Of a DNA stretch of 64,000 bases, positions 1-8,708 are shown piece after piece. Position numbers and translations under genes: made by a program. The first letter of the stretch is position 1. Every line of letters starts with the position of its first letter. Source of the stretch: an uncultured Candidatus Saccharibacteria bacterium (lineage in GTDB: Bacteria; Patescibacteriota; Minisyncoccia; RBG-13-40-8-A); NCBI GenBank assembly GCA_965231075.1, contig OZ246412.1, positions 553,787-617,786 on the forward strand. Reading direction: 5' to 3'. The notes under the pieces are model-generated. The model did no database searches and had not been told where the DNA came from. It saw only the letters and a program-made list of their open reading frames with translations.

Positions 1-252
1 TTTCTGGCATTTACCACAAGTGTAATAGAAATCATCGACGAAAAGAGATTTGTAATTGTATTCCGACCGTTCACACCAAATATAACATCGGGGTTTACTT
101 ATCTCGTCCCCGAGAACGATTTTAAAAATCTTCCATCGTTGCTTGGAAAACGCGCCCTAAAGATACTCTTTCATGGCTGGTTGTCGCGAACCAAGTCCTG
201 AACAACAAAAAAGGAACACTTTCTGTGTTCCCTTTTTTTATTTTAACCTGAC

Positions 253-1980
253 CTATACCTCAATTATCACCGGCAAAACCATTGGTCGACGCTTGGTTTT
301 GCTGTATAAAAACTGGCCAATTTTGTCGCGTAAATTATCTTTGACAAACACCCAATTAATTGGCGCTCCGGGAATAGTGGTGTGTTCAACAATTTCCTTG
401 ACTTTTTTGCGAGCATCCGCTAAGAGTTGTTTAGATTCTTTCATATAGATAAACCCGCGCGAAATTATGTCCGGACTGTTTTTAATTTTGCCAGTTTGTC
501 GATCGATGGTGGCAATGATTACAAACATTCCATCCTCGGCCATGGTTTGTCTGTCTCTTAGTACAACGTGACCGATGTCACCAATGCCCAACCCATCAAC
601 AAAAACGTAATTGGTGTCAATTTTTTTGTTGAGAATTTTTGCCAATCTGTTTTGAAATTCAAGAACTGATCCGTTGTCTAAAACAAAAATTTTGTCTTTG
701 GGAATTCCCACCTGCATCGCTAATTTCGCTGCTTCTTTTAGAAAATAATGATTCGCATAAACTGGCAGAAAATAATCTGGTTGGATTTGTTTAATAATTT
801 CTTTGATATTTTCGGCATTAGAGTGACCACTGATGTGTACGTCCATGATTTCATTATGAACAACGTTATCGCATTGACGATACAAACTGTCTTTAAGGCG
901 TTGAATGGTTCTCTCGTTGCCAGGGATAACCGACGAAGAGAAGATTATGGTATCATTTTTTTTAATTCGAACAAATCGGTGTTCACCAGTAATAATTCGC
1001 GACAATACTGCATTGCCCTCGCCCTGTGCTCCAGTGCAAATAATAATAATCTTATTGTCGGGATGTTTATTGATTTCATTGATACCGATTAATGTCTCTT
1101 TGTCCACTTTAATGTATCCCAACCCTTGAGCTATTTCCACGTTCATTTTCATGCTGTAACCATCAAGCGCCACCTTTTTGCCAATCGTTTTAGCATATTC
1201 GATAATTTCGCCAATTCTTTTAATTTGAGAAGAAAACGTCCCAATTACCACCTTGCCCTGAGCATCGTTAATTAATTTTTTTAAATTAGCATACATATCC
1301 TTTTCGGAAATTTTCTCTTTGTTCGTATCCATTGACCCCAAACTTTCCAACATTAAAATTTTCGGTCCAGGCAAAGACACCAAATGATTATAAGTTACTG
1401 CTTGATGTGTATCTGAATTCTTTTCCATGGTCCAGTCGCCGGGATGAATAATTGTCCCTTCAGGAGTATTAAGAATCACGCCGACCGCATCCATAATTGA
1501 ATGTTCGACATTAAAGAACCCCACCCTAAATCGCCCTAAAGTCAATCGATCGTCAACTGATTTAATTTTAATAATTTTCAATTGTTTAATTGAGTCCTTG
1601 GCATACTCTTGCATTCTTTTTTCGATTAAAGCAATCGTTAAATCTCTGCCGATAATTGTCGGGTAGCCGAGTTTTTTTAAAAGTAACGGGGCAGCACCAA
1701 TGTGATCTAAATGACCATGACTAAAAATTACTCCTTTAATGTTTTTTTCTTTACCTTTTAAGTAATTAATGTTGGGAATAATAAAATCGATTCCTGGCAT
1801 ATCTTCTTCGGGAAACTGAATTCCCATATCTAAAATTACAATATCTTCGCCATATTCAAAAACCGTCATATTTCTTCCAACCTCTTCCATCCCGCCCAAG
1901 GGAATAATTTTTAAAGTTGGTTGTTTGGGTTTTTTCTGCGGTCTTTGTTTTCCTTGTCTGTGTTTAAATTGTTGTTCCAT
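253..1980 (-). CDS. rnj: Ribonuclease J (metallo-beta-lactamase/beta-CASP RNase)
   Basis: 575 aa ORF. HGHLDHIG metallo-beta-lactamase motif near the N-terminus (IIPLGGMEEVGRNMTVFEY...FSHGHLDHIGAAP); length and domain order typical of RNase J. Confidence 0.88.
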   Translation of the reverse strand: MEQQFKHRQGKQRPQKKPKQPTLKIIPLGGMEEVGRNMTVFEYGEDIVILDMGIQFPEEDMPGIDFIIPNINYLKGKEKNIKGVIFSHGHLDHIGAAPLLLKKLGYPTIIGRDLTIALIEKRMQEYAKDSIKQLKIIKIKSVDDRLTLGRFRVGFFNVEHSIMDAVGVILNTPEGTIIHPGDWTMEKNSDTHQAVTYNHLVSLPGPKILMLESLGSMDTNKEKISEKDMYANLKKLINDAQGKVVIGTFSSQIKRIGEIIEYAKTIGKKVALDGYSMKMNVEIAQGLGYIKVDKETLIGINEINKHPDNKIIIICTGAQGEGNAVLSRIITGEHRFVRIKKNDTIIFSSSVIPGNERTIQRLKDSLYRQCDNVVHNEIMDVHISGHSNAENIKEIIKQIQPDYFLPVYANHYFLKEAAKLAMQVGIPKDKIFVLDNGSVLEFQNRLAKILNKKIDTNYVFVDGLGIGDIGHVVLRDRQTMAEDGMFVIIATIDRQTGKIKNSPDIISRGFIYMKESKQLLADARKKVKEIVEHTTIPGAPINWVFVKDNLRDKIGQFLYSKTKRRPMVLPVIIEV

Positions 1981-2004
1981 ATTTTTACATTTTTAATTAA
2001 TTAT

Positions 2005-2075
2005 TCGGGCTGCCCGGATTTGAACCGGGACCACTGACTCCCGAAGCCAGCGTACTACCATTATACTACAGCCCG
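2005..2075 (-). tRNA. tRNA-Pro (anticodon CGG), no encoded 3' CCA
   Basis: Reverse complement folds as a cloverleaf: acceptor CGGGCTG/CAGCCCG, D-stem GTAT/GTAC, anticodon stem CTGGC/GTCAG with loop TTCGGGA (U33, G37), T-arm CCCGG-TTCAAAT-CCGGG, discriminator A. Genomic sequence after the discriminator is not CCA. Confidence 0.75.
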
Positions 2076-2079
2076 ATGA

Positions 2080-4434
2080 TTATTTTTTCTTTTTTAATAT
2101 TTTTTCTAATTCATCTCTGTCTAAAACCCAAAAGTTGTCTTTTTCTTTCGCATTTTCATCGTAAAACATCTCTCCCTTAATTTTAAATCCGGAATTTTTT
2201 AATACACCTTCCGAAAGTAGGTTTCTGGGGTTCGTGAAGGCTACAATTGTAGTTTTTTTTGATTTATTTAAAAGCGCAAAGCCAATTTGTCTAATTGCGC
2301 TCGGAACGTGTCCTCTTTCTTTATTTTTCTGTGGCAGGCCTTCATCGACAAGTCGCGCAAAACTCATTTCTAAAATTTCTGAATCTTTAGATAAGTCAAT
2401 TAACCCACTTTTTTTCAGATTAATGATCGTATCTTCTTCTGGGCTATAAAACCAAACAAATCCCTCCATTCGCCCTATCGCCTTTTCTCCGCAAATACCA
2501 TAAAAATATTCCTCCGAAAAATGTTTTTTAATCTCTTCTGTGGTATATGTGTCACCTGTCATCCATCTGCCCACTTCTGGTTGTGTATCAATATCTTGAA
2601 ACGCTTCTATATCTTTTGGGTTATTGGGGTCGGCCCTCTTAATCCATGCTGATTCTTGCTCAAAAACTTTCACTGGTCCCTCCTTTGGATTTTCGGGTAG
2701 TTTGCGATCCATAGACGGATTTTCTTCTGTTTTATTAATTTTCTTTATAAAGTCTGATATTTCCTTAACTGTTTCATTTGGTTCACAGTTATTTTTTATC
2801 CATCGACTGGCCTTTCTAGAATTCATTGTTTTGTCTTCATAAAGACTTAAAACTTCCTTTGATAATTCCTCGTTTGTTTGATAAAAAGCGTCAATGTTAG
2901 TTATCGTTGCGGTCCCAGTTTTAAAATCAAAAACCACAACTCCTCGCTCAAATAGTTTGTTTAGAGTATATACGGCAGCGTAATAATATTCATCACCATC
3001 AGATTTATCAAAAAGTTCCTCTAGTGAGTTTTCTAGGGCCGCAGAAGCCCACTCTTCTTTGGTTCCTTTTATTGCGCCTTTTTCGATTAATTTTGGTAGA
3101 AATTGTCGATAGAACTGTTCGGCTTTGACCTCATTAATAATCAAGCCCGGCTCTGCTCCTAATCTCTTCGCTCCCGGATCACCGTCTTTGTGAAAATGAC
3201 AGAATTCGTGAAATGAGGTGATAAAAAAAGACATTTTTAGACTATAGTGTTCTTGAGTATTACTAATTCGGAAATTTTTTTCTTTTGCTATAGCGTTTTG
3301 TAGTTTTTTTTGCTCAGCGAGAAAAATCATGCCAACCGATTCTCCCATTTGAGCGGTAGTTTTCATAGCTAATCCGGCGCCATAGTCTCCGATAGAATTA
3401 ACAACCGTAAACTTCTTTTCTGTTACATTTTTTGCTAGCTCGGTATGACCCATTTGTTCGAGCTCCTGAGAAATTATTTCTTGACAAGCAGATAGATTTT
3501 TTTCTTCTTCTGGAGACTTTAGTGTAATTTTTATTTCTGGATCAAAATATGGCGGCTTAAAGTATCCTCCTGTATATTCTGTTGGAACTATTAAAATCGG
3601 AAAATCAGACGAAGTTGATTGTCTATAAAGTTCGCTTACTAATTTATATTGTTCACTGATTTTTTCTATATCCTTTTCCCTATAAGAATCGCTCAGTGCT
3701 ATTAAATATTTTTGAAAGATATCCCCGCCGGGAAACTTTTGCCATTCAATTGGCATTTCACTTATCTCTTTAAATTTTCGACAAAGATATTGTGTGTCAC
3801 GATTAAATAATTCGTTGATTGTGTATGATTTTTCTTCTCCGGGCAAATAAAATTGAGTTGATAAAGACCCTTCTTTTGGCTGGGGCGACAGCCTTGAAAA
3901 TGCCAAGAAGCGGATAAAAAGATTATCGGCACGCATCGAAGCATCAAGAAGTTTTGTGGTAACATCACGTAGTTCTAAATTTAGTCCTAACTTTTCAAGA
4001 TCTTTTTCTTCGGCATGGGCGATGACCTCTTGATAGGCTTTTGTTTCCATGTGTCGCACGACGTGAGCAGCAACGGCGAGCAAAACCTCCCTTCTTTGTC
4101 CTTGAATTTCCGGTATTCCTTCGGGCCAATTATTAATAACCGTGTCAACAATTTCCTTTAGGGGAATGTTTTTAATTGACGAAACTTTTTCATGGAACGC
4201 GCCGACTTTGGTTTGTACTTGTTCTAAAACCACTCTTTGAACATTTTCGAAAAGTTCTAGAGAATTTTCCCACGGACCAATTTTTTCCGGCAAATCTTTT
4301 TTCCATTCAGTATAACCATCTAATAGCCCTAATGTTTTATAAATCCCTCTCAGTCCTGGCTCAGAATCAATTAATTTTTCTTGTTTAGTTCTTGGTTTTG
4401 GTTCCTTACTTTCTCCCATGTTTATTTTATCCAA
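2080..4434 (-). CDS. Hypothetical 784-aa multidomain protein: central HExxH (zincin-like) motif plus C-terminal GNAT-like acetyltransferase domain
   Basis: Long uninterrupted ORF. HEFCHFH motif; C-terminal ~150 aa (RGHVPSAIRQIGFALL...VAFTNPRNLLSEGVLKNSGFKIKGEMFYD) has GNAT motif-A/B-like spacing. Confidence 0.5.
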   Translation of the reverse strand: MDKINMGESKEPKPRTKQEKLIDSEPGLRGIYKTLGLLDGYTEWKKDLPEKIGPWENSLELFENVQRVVLEQVQTKVGAFHEKVSSIKNIPLKEIVDTVINNWPEGIPEIQGQRREVLLAVAAHVVRHMETKAYQEVIAHAEEKDLEKLGLNLELRDVTTKLLDASMRADNLFIRFLAFSRLSPQPKEGSLSTQFYLPGEEKSYTINELFNRDTQYLCRKFKEISEMPIEWQKFPGGDIFQKYLIALSDSYREKDIEKISEQYKLVSELYRQSTSSDFPILIVPTEYTGGYFKPPYFDPEIKITLKSPEEEKNLSACQEIISQELEQMGHTELAKNVTEKKFTVVNSIGDYGAGLAMKTTAQMGESVGMIFLAEQKKLQNAIAKEKNFRISNTQEHYSLKMSFFITSFHEFCHFHKDGDPGAKRLGAEPGLIINEVKAEQFYRQFLPKLIEKGAIKGTKEEWASAALENSLEELFDKSDGDEYYYAAVYTLNKLFERGVVVFDFKTGTATITNIDAFYQTNEELSKEVLSLYEDKTMNSRKASRWIKNNCEPNETVKEISDFIKKINKTEENPSMDRKLPENPKEGPVKVFEQESAWIKRADPNNPKDIEAFQDIDTQPEVGRWMTGDTYTTEEIKKHFSEEYFYGICGEKAIGRMEGFVWFYSPEEDTIINLKKSGLIDLSKDSEILEMSFARLVDEGLPQKNKERGHVPSAIRQIGFALLNKSKKTTIVAFTNPRNLLSEGVLKNSGFKIKGEMFYDENAKEKDNFWVLDRDELEKILKKKK

Positions 4435-5861
4435 TATTTTTCACGAATTTTGAGATCTTCCTCCTCTTTTTTTTCTTCAATTTTGCCTTTGGCTAATTTG
4501 CGTAGAACTTCGAGATTTTCTTCATTTAATTCTACAACTCTTCTCTCCAAGTATTTTTTATTGTTATTTTTTGGCTCTTCAATCACCTCTGCTAACAAAA
4601 CATCTAAAATTGCTCCCACTTTTGGACTAGGTTCAATTTTTAACAATTTCATTATATCTGTGCCATTAATTTTCAACATCTTTGCCGAAATTGGATCCTT
4701 GGAAACTTTTTCAATCATATATTCAATCGTTCTTAAACGATAGGGCTTTTCTTTTGGCCTACCCATACCCAATCGATCGGCAACGCGCAAATTTATCAAA
4801 TCAACAATATTTTCTTTGCCCACTCTTTTTAACAATCTTCTTGCGCCGGCATCAGTTAATTTCTCTGGATCAGAAACGAACATGTGGTTTTTAACCAATA
4901 AGACAACCTGATCAATAAATTTATTAGAAAATTTCAGTCGTCTTAAAATTCTATCGGTAAATTTTGCACCTACATAATCGTGGTTATAAAATGTCGAATC
5001 TGGACCATTGCCCTGCTTGGTTTCGGGCTTCCCAATATCGTGAAACAGGGCTGCAACTTTAATCTCTAAACTAAAATCTTTTTTAGCTGCTTCGTCCAGC
5101 GCCCTCAAGGAATGTTCGTAGATATCGTAGACGTGGTGCTTATTTTGGCTTACGCCCACGCCCTTATCAAGTTCAGGCAAAATAAATTTTAGTAAATTTG
5201 TTTGTCGTAACAAATCGATGCCATTGGCCGCTCTCTTGGTTTGAAAAATCTTAATTAATTCATCTTTAATTCTTTCGTTAGAAATCATCTGAATTAATTC
5301 TGCACTCTTTTGAATCGCTTTAAAGGTTTTTTCCTCGATTTCAAAATTGAGAGTACAAGCAAACCTTACTGCTCTCAACATTCTTAATGCATCTTCGTCA
5401 AATCTTTTATTGGCATCTCCAACTGCGCGGATAATTTTTTTCTTTAAATCTTTTTGTCCGTCAAAAAAATCGATAACTCTTTTTCTTTCATCTAATGCTA
5501 AAGCATTAACAGTGAAATCTCTTCTGGCTAAGTCATCCTCTAGTTTTTGAGCGAAAGTTATCTCGTCGGGATGACGTTTGTCAGAATATTTTCCCTCTAA
5601 ACGAAACGGAGTGATTTCAACGACCTTCAAGGTGTCATCTTTAGAATCGGTAATCACACTAACCGTGCCAAACATATTTTCGTAAAAATTTCTCGGAAAT
5701 AATTTCTGAATTTGTTTGGGATTAGCGTTGGTGGTGATGTCCCAATCCTTAGGTTTTTCGCCCAATATTAAATCTCTAACACAGCCCCCAACCGCGTATG
5801 CTTCGTAACCATTTTTGATCAATTTTTCCAATATTAAATTAACTTCCTTGGGAATTGTCAT
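4422..5861 (-). CDS. cca: CCA-adding tRNA nucleotidyltransferase with HD domain
   Basis: GGCVRDLILGEKPKDWDITT Pol-beta NTase motif at the N-terminus; HD motif (FHDIGK) downstream; 479 aa. Confidence 0.85.
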   Translation of the reverse strand: MTIPKEVNLILEKLIKNGYEAYAVGGCVRDLILGEKPKDWDITTNANPKQIQKLFPRNFYENMFGTVSVITDSKDDTLKVVEITPFRLEGKYSDKRHPDEITFAQKLEDDLARRDFTVNALALDERKRVIDFFDGQKDLKKKIIRAVGDANKRFDEDALRMLRAVRFACTLNFEIEEKTFKAIQKSAELIQMISNERIKDELIKIFQTKRAANGIDLLRQTNLLKFILPELDKGVGVSQNKHHVYDIYEHSLRALDEAAKKDFSLEIKVAALFHDIGKPETKQGNGPDSTFYNHDYVGAKFTDRILRRLKFSNKFIDQVVLLVKNHMFVSDPEKLTDAGARRLLKRVGKENIVDLINLRVADRLGMGRPKEKPYRLRTIEYMIEKVSKDPISAKMLKINGTDIMKLLKIEPSPKVGAILDVLLAEVIEEPKNNNKKYLERRVVELNEENLEVLRKLAKGKIEEKKEEEDLKIREKYWIK

Positions 5862-5925
5862 CTACTTTAAACATACATTAAAAACATTGTTCTGACAAAT
5901 AAAAAAATCGCATTAATGCAATCGA

Positions 5926-5998
5926 TGCGCTCAGAGGGAATCGAACCCCCGACCATCTCCTTAAAAGGGAGCTGCTCTACCGGCTGAGCTATGAGCGC
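5926..5998 (-). tRNA. tRNA-Lys (anticodon TTT)
   Basis: RC = GCGCTCATAGCTCAGCCGGTAGAGCAGCTCCCTTTTAAGGAGATGGTCGGGGGTTCGATTCCCTCTGAGCGCA; anticodon loop CTTTTAA; canonical D and T arms. Confidence 0.85.
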
Positions 5999-6047
5999 TT
6001 GATTTAAATCATAAATTTTAAAAAAATCTCTGTCAAATCTGGTTTGA

Positions 6048-6120
6048 TGCGCCGTGAGGGATTCGAACCCCCGACCATCTCCTTAAGAGGGAGCTGCTCT
6101 ACCAGCTGAGCTAACAGCGC
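6048..6120 (-). tRNA. tRNA-Lys (anticodon CTT)
   Basis: RC = GCGCTGTTAGCTCAGCTGGTAGAGCAGCTCCCTCTTAAGGAGATGGTCGGGGGTTCGAATCCCTCACGGCGCA; anticodon loop CTCTTAA. Confidence 0.85.
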
Positions 6121-6135
6121 ATAAATTATAACAAA

Positions 6136-6207
6136 TGCCCTCGAGAGGATTCGAACCCCTAATTCGACGTCCGAAGCGTCGCGTGTTATCCATTATACCA
6201 CGAGGGC
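6136..6207 (-). tRNA. tRNA-Arg (anticodon TCG)
   Basis: RC = GCCCTCGTGGTATAATGG...CGACGCTTCGGACGTCG...GGGGTTCGAATCCTCTCGAGGGCA; anticodon stem CGACG/CGTCG with loop CTTCGGA; T-loop TTCGAAT. Confidence 0.72.
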
Positions 6208-6217
6208 GACAATAAAA

Positions 6218-6246
6218 TCATACATCCGAATTAATTTTTGGTCAAT
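6218..6246 (-). promoter_or_regulatory. Candidate sigma70-type promoter for the tRNA-Arg/Lys/Lys cluster
   Basis: On the minus strand: TTGACC, 17 nt, TATGAT, just upstream of tRNA-Arg. Confidence 0.35.
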
Positions 6247-6253
6247 TTTCTTT

Positions 6254-6285
6254 CTTGACAAATCTATAGAATAGTTATATATTTA
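6254..6285 (+). promoter_or_regulatory. Candidate sigma70 promoter (TTGACA-17-TATATA) for the small basic ORF
   Basis: cttgacaaatctatagaatagttatatat, followed by a strong SD (taaggagaaagtgg) and ATG at 6303. Confidence 0.45.
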
Positions 6286-6302
6286 TTCTAAGGAGAAAGT
6301 GG

Positions 6303-6509
6303 ATGAACCTTATAAAATATTTTAGAAATTGGAAACGGGCACGCAGAATCTTGGGAGAGAGAAAAAGAAGACAGGCCGAGGCTGAAAGTCGCCACGATCA
6401 ACACAGAGCAAGAATGGAGTACGAAGCACGTCAAAGTATCGAGCGACTTATCGTTTTTAAGCTACCCCACAACGTTTTCGATCGTCACAAATCCCCCCAC
6501 ACTAAGTAG
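6303..6509 (+). CDS. Small Arg/Lys-rich protein (68 aa), hypothetical
   Basis: Consensus promoter and AAGGAG SD 7 nt upstream of the ATG; highly basic composition. Confidence 0.45.
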   Translation: MNLIKYFRNWKRARRILGERKRRQAEAESRHDQHRARMEYEARQSIERLIVFKLPHNVFDRHKSPHTK

Positions 6510-6544
6510 TGTTGAGGGGGATATTTTCGTTTTAAAATCTGATT

Positions 6545-7684
6545 CTACAATATTCCCAATAGATAATAAGTTCCCAGTCCTAATAGAATAATCGCTTCAA
6601 TTAAACTTAGCCATTTCATTGCTTTCCCAGATACAATTTTTATGTTCATCGTGAATACAGCAATCAGAAAAACAATGATTTCATCTAGCATATAAAACAA
6701 AATATAAACCAGGAGATGAAAAATGTAACTAATCAGAGAAACTTTGGCATGCGCCATAACCCCCGCGAACAGAACCGGTATCACTGCCGAGCAAGGAAAT
6801 TCGACAATTGTGATTACGAAAGCAAAAATTACTACCCCTACAATTAATCCCCAAATCCCTCCTGATTTTTGAAATGCCTCTTGAATTTTTAAAGAATGCT
6901 TGGTAACAATTTTGTTGTCTTGTTTGCAAATTAAATCTTGTTTTCGAGATTTTAAGAATTGTTTTAGAAAATATATTGAACCCAATATTCCCAAGATTCC
7001 TACAAATAAATTCATTATCTTCAGAACTGGACTTAACAAATAAAATAATTGATACCACAAAAAGATCAATGCGCCATAAATTATCGCAGTAATTAAAATA
7101 TATAGTCCGCCGAATAAAATTATTTTTGGCCGTGATTTTAAAATCAGCACCAACCCCAAAATCATGATCAGTGCCCCCAATGAACAAACACTAAATCCAT
7201 CAAAAAACCCCAAAATTATCGCTTGCATTAACAATGAATATTTGCTCAAATCTATTTCCCCCAAGATTGGAATTGTGATCTTGTTTTCGTCTTTTTTGTC
7301 TGGCGTTTCGAAATTTAATTGTTTCTCAATCGAATTGACGATCTGTTTACCGATTCCATTTTCATTATCAAAACCCAGAAAAAAATCCTCACCGACAAAA
7401 GTCATTGGCACGGCACCCAAATATTTTTCGGCATTGTGTTTTTTAACCGAATCAATTAATAGTTGTCTATGGGTTGTGTCGGTAATTAAGTAGCGATTAA
7501 TTTTCACTTCAGGATAATTTGGTTCGATTTTATCTAAAAATGTATTTTCTGCCTTACAATGAACGCAGGTTTCAGAATAGAAGAAATTTATTTCTAGCTT
7601 CGTTTCTGCGTACGCAAAAAACGGGGTTACAATCGTTAGCCCGATTAAAGCAACCAAAAACAAATTAAATGATTTTTTTGTCAT
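6545..7684 (-). CDS. Membrane thiol:disulfide oxidoreductase: N-terminal thioredoxin-like CxxC domain fused to a DsbD/CcdA-family polytopic domain
   Basis: Signal/TM segment, then a CVHC (CxxC) motif; multiple TM helices with conserved Cys in CSLG and FPCSAV segments. Confidence 0.5.
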   Translation of the reverse strand: MTKKSFNLFLVALIGLTIVTPFFAYAETKLEINFFYSETCVHCKAENTFLDKIEPNYPEVKINRYLITDTTHRQLLIDSVKKHNAEKYLGAVPMTFVGEDFFLGFDNENGIGKQIVNSIEKQLNFETPDKKDENKITIPILGEIDLSKYSLLMQAIILGFFDGFSVCSLGALIMILGLVLILKSRPKIILFGGLYILITAIIYGALIFLWYQLFYLLSPVLKIMNLFVGILGILGSIYFLKQFLKSRKQDLICKQDNKIVTKHSLKIQEAFQKSGGIWGLIVGVVIFAFVITIVEFPCSAVIPVLFAGVMAHAKVSLISYIFHLLVYILFYMLDEIIVFLIAVFTMNIKIVSGKAMKWLSLIEAIILLGLGTYYLLGIL

Positions 7685-7810
7685 TACTTCTTAATACTAC
7701 AATATTTTAATCTTTATTTCCACTCCGCTCCCTCTTGGCAAGAGAATTATTATAATGTATAATGTTTTTATTAATAAAATAAGTGATTCTAGTAAAAATA
7801 ATTTTACAAA

Positions 7811-8077
7811 ATGTTGGGAAAAATTAAGAAAAAGAAAATTATTACCGAACACAAAATCCACGACACCGATACCGGATCGGCGGATGTTCAGATTGGAATT
7901 TTATCTGAAGAGATAGAAAAATTAGCTGAACACCTAAAGAAACATCCTAAAGACAATCACTCTCGACGTGGTCTTTTGGGCATGGTTTCTAAGAGAAAAA
8001 AATTACTTGAATGGCTAAGTTCTGAAAATGAATCTCGCTATAAAAAAGTAATTAAGGCATTGGGTTTGAAAAAATAA
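7811..8077 (+). CDS. rpsO: 30S ribosomal protein S15
   Basis: DTGSADVQIGILS...HSRRGLLGMVSKRKKLLEWL...YKKVIKALGL matches S15; upstream of pnp as in the classical operon. Confidence 0.9.
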   Translation: MLGKIKKKKIITEHKIHDTDTGSADVQIGILSEEIEKLAEHLKKHPKDNHSRRGLLGMVSKRKKLLEWLSSENESRYKKVIKALGLKK

Positions 8078-8080
8078 TTT

Positions 8081-8596
8081 ATGAGTATTATTAAAAACAA
8101 GGATCAGAGGGTGGGCGTGTTTATGGATGTTCAAAACATGTATCATTCGGCAAAAAACCTTTACGGAGCAAGGGTCAATTTTAAAGAAATTTTAAAAACT
8201 GCAGTTGCTAATCGAAAACTTATTAGAGCAATTGCTTATGTTGTGACCACTGAATCGGGAGATGAAAAGGCATTTTTAGAAGCGTTAACCAAGGCGGGAA
8301 TTGAGGTTAAAAGTAAAGATTTACAAATTTTTCCTGGTGGAATGAAAAAGGCTGATTGGGATGTGGGTATGGCCGTGGACGCAATCAGTTTGAATACAAA
8401 ATTAGACACCATTGTTTTGGTTACCGGTGATGGTGACTTTGTGCCATTAGTAGAATACTTACAATCACAAGGACAACAAGTAGAAGTAATTTCGTTTGGT
8501 AAAAGTGCATCCGCCAAATTAAAAGAAGTAGTCGATGATTTCACCGATTTAAGCGCTTCCCCGCAAAAGTACCTAATAGGAATAAGAAATAAATAA
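8081..8596 (+). CDS. NYN-domain (LabA/DUF88-like) putative RNase
   Basis: VGVFMDVQNMYHSAKN...IAYVV...IVLVTGDGDFVPLVEYLQSQGQQVEVISF matches NYN/LabA-like motifs; lies between rpsO and pnp. Confidence 0.65.
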   Translation: MSIIKNKDQRVGVFMDVQNMYHSAKNLYGARVNFKEILKTAVANRKLIRAIAYVVTTESGDEKAFLEALTKAGIEVKSKDLQIFPGGMKKADWDVGMAVDAISLNTKLDTIVLVTGDGDFVPLVEYLQSQGQQVEVISFGKSASAKLKEVVDDFTDLSASPQKYLIGIRNK

Positions 8597-8708
8597 CCTG
8601 TCCCGACCTTGCGTCGGGATTAATAAGTAACGTTTTGGTCTGCGGACACATAGATTATAGATTCATACGAATCGTAGTCTGAAGTTTGCAGATCAGGGCG
8701 AAAAATAT
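8597..8708 (+). promoter_or_regulatory. Structured pnp 5' leader (candidate autoregulatory/RNase III-processed region)
   Basis: Hairpin tcccgac-cttgc-gtcggga, then a long imperfect hairpin (gtctgcggaca...tttgcagatc) directly upstream of the pnp ATG. Confidence 0.3.

Noticed and set aside
1-156. Open minus-strand frame with two CxxC-type pairs (PRCYIWC...CGKCQK, zinc-ribbon-like) running off the left edge
   Set aside because: No ATG/GTG/TTG start between the upstream in-frame stop (157-159) and the window edge; cannot be supported as a gene from this window.
173-448. 91-aa plus-strand ORF at the window start
   Set aside because: Lies entirely antisense within the well-supported RNase J CDS; no signals; antisense artefact.
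6729-7187. 152-aa minus-strand ORF
   Set aside because: Overlaps the DsbD-like CDS in another frame on the same strand; no independent support.
8236-8544. 102-aa antisense ORF within the NYN gene, and similar 60-100 aa antisense ORFs within pnp, comM, pcrA, the T4SS genes and others
   Set aside because: All lie inside stronger, homology-supported CDSs on the opposite strand; typical six-frame noise.
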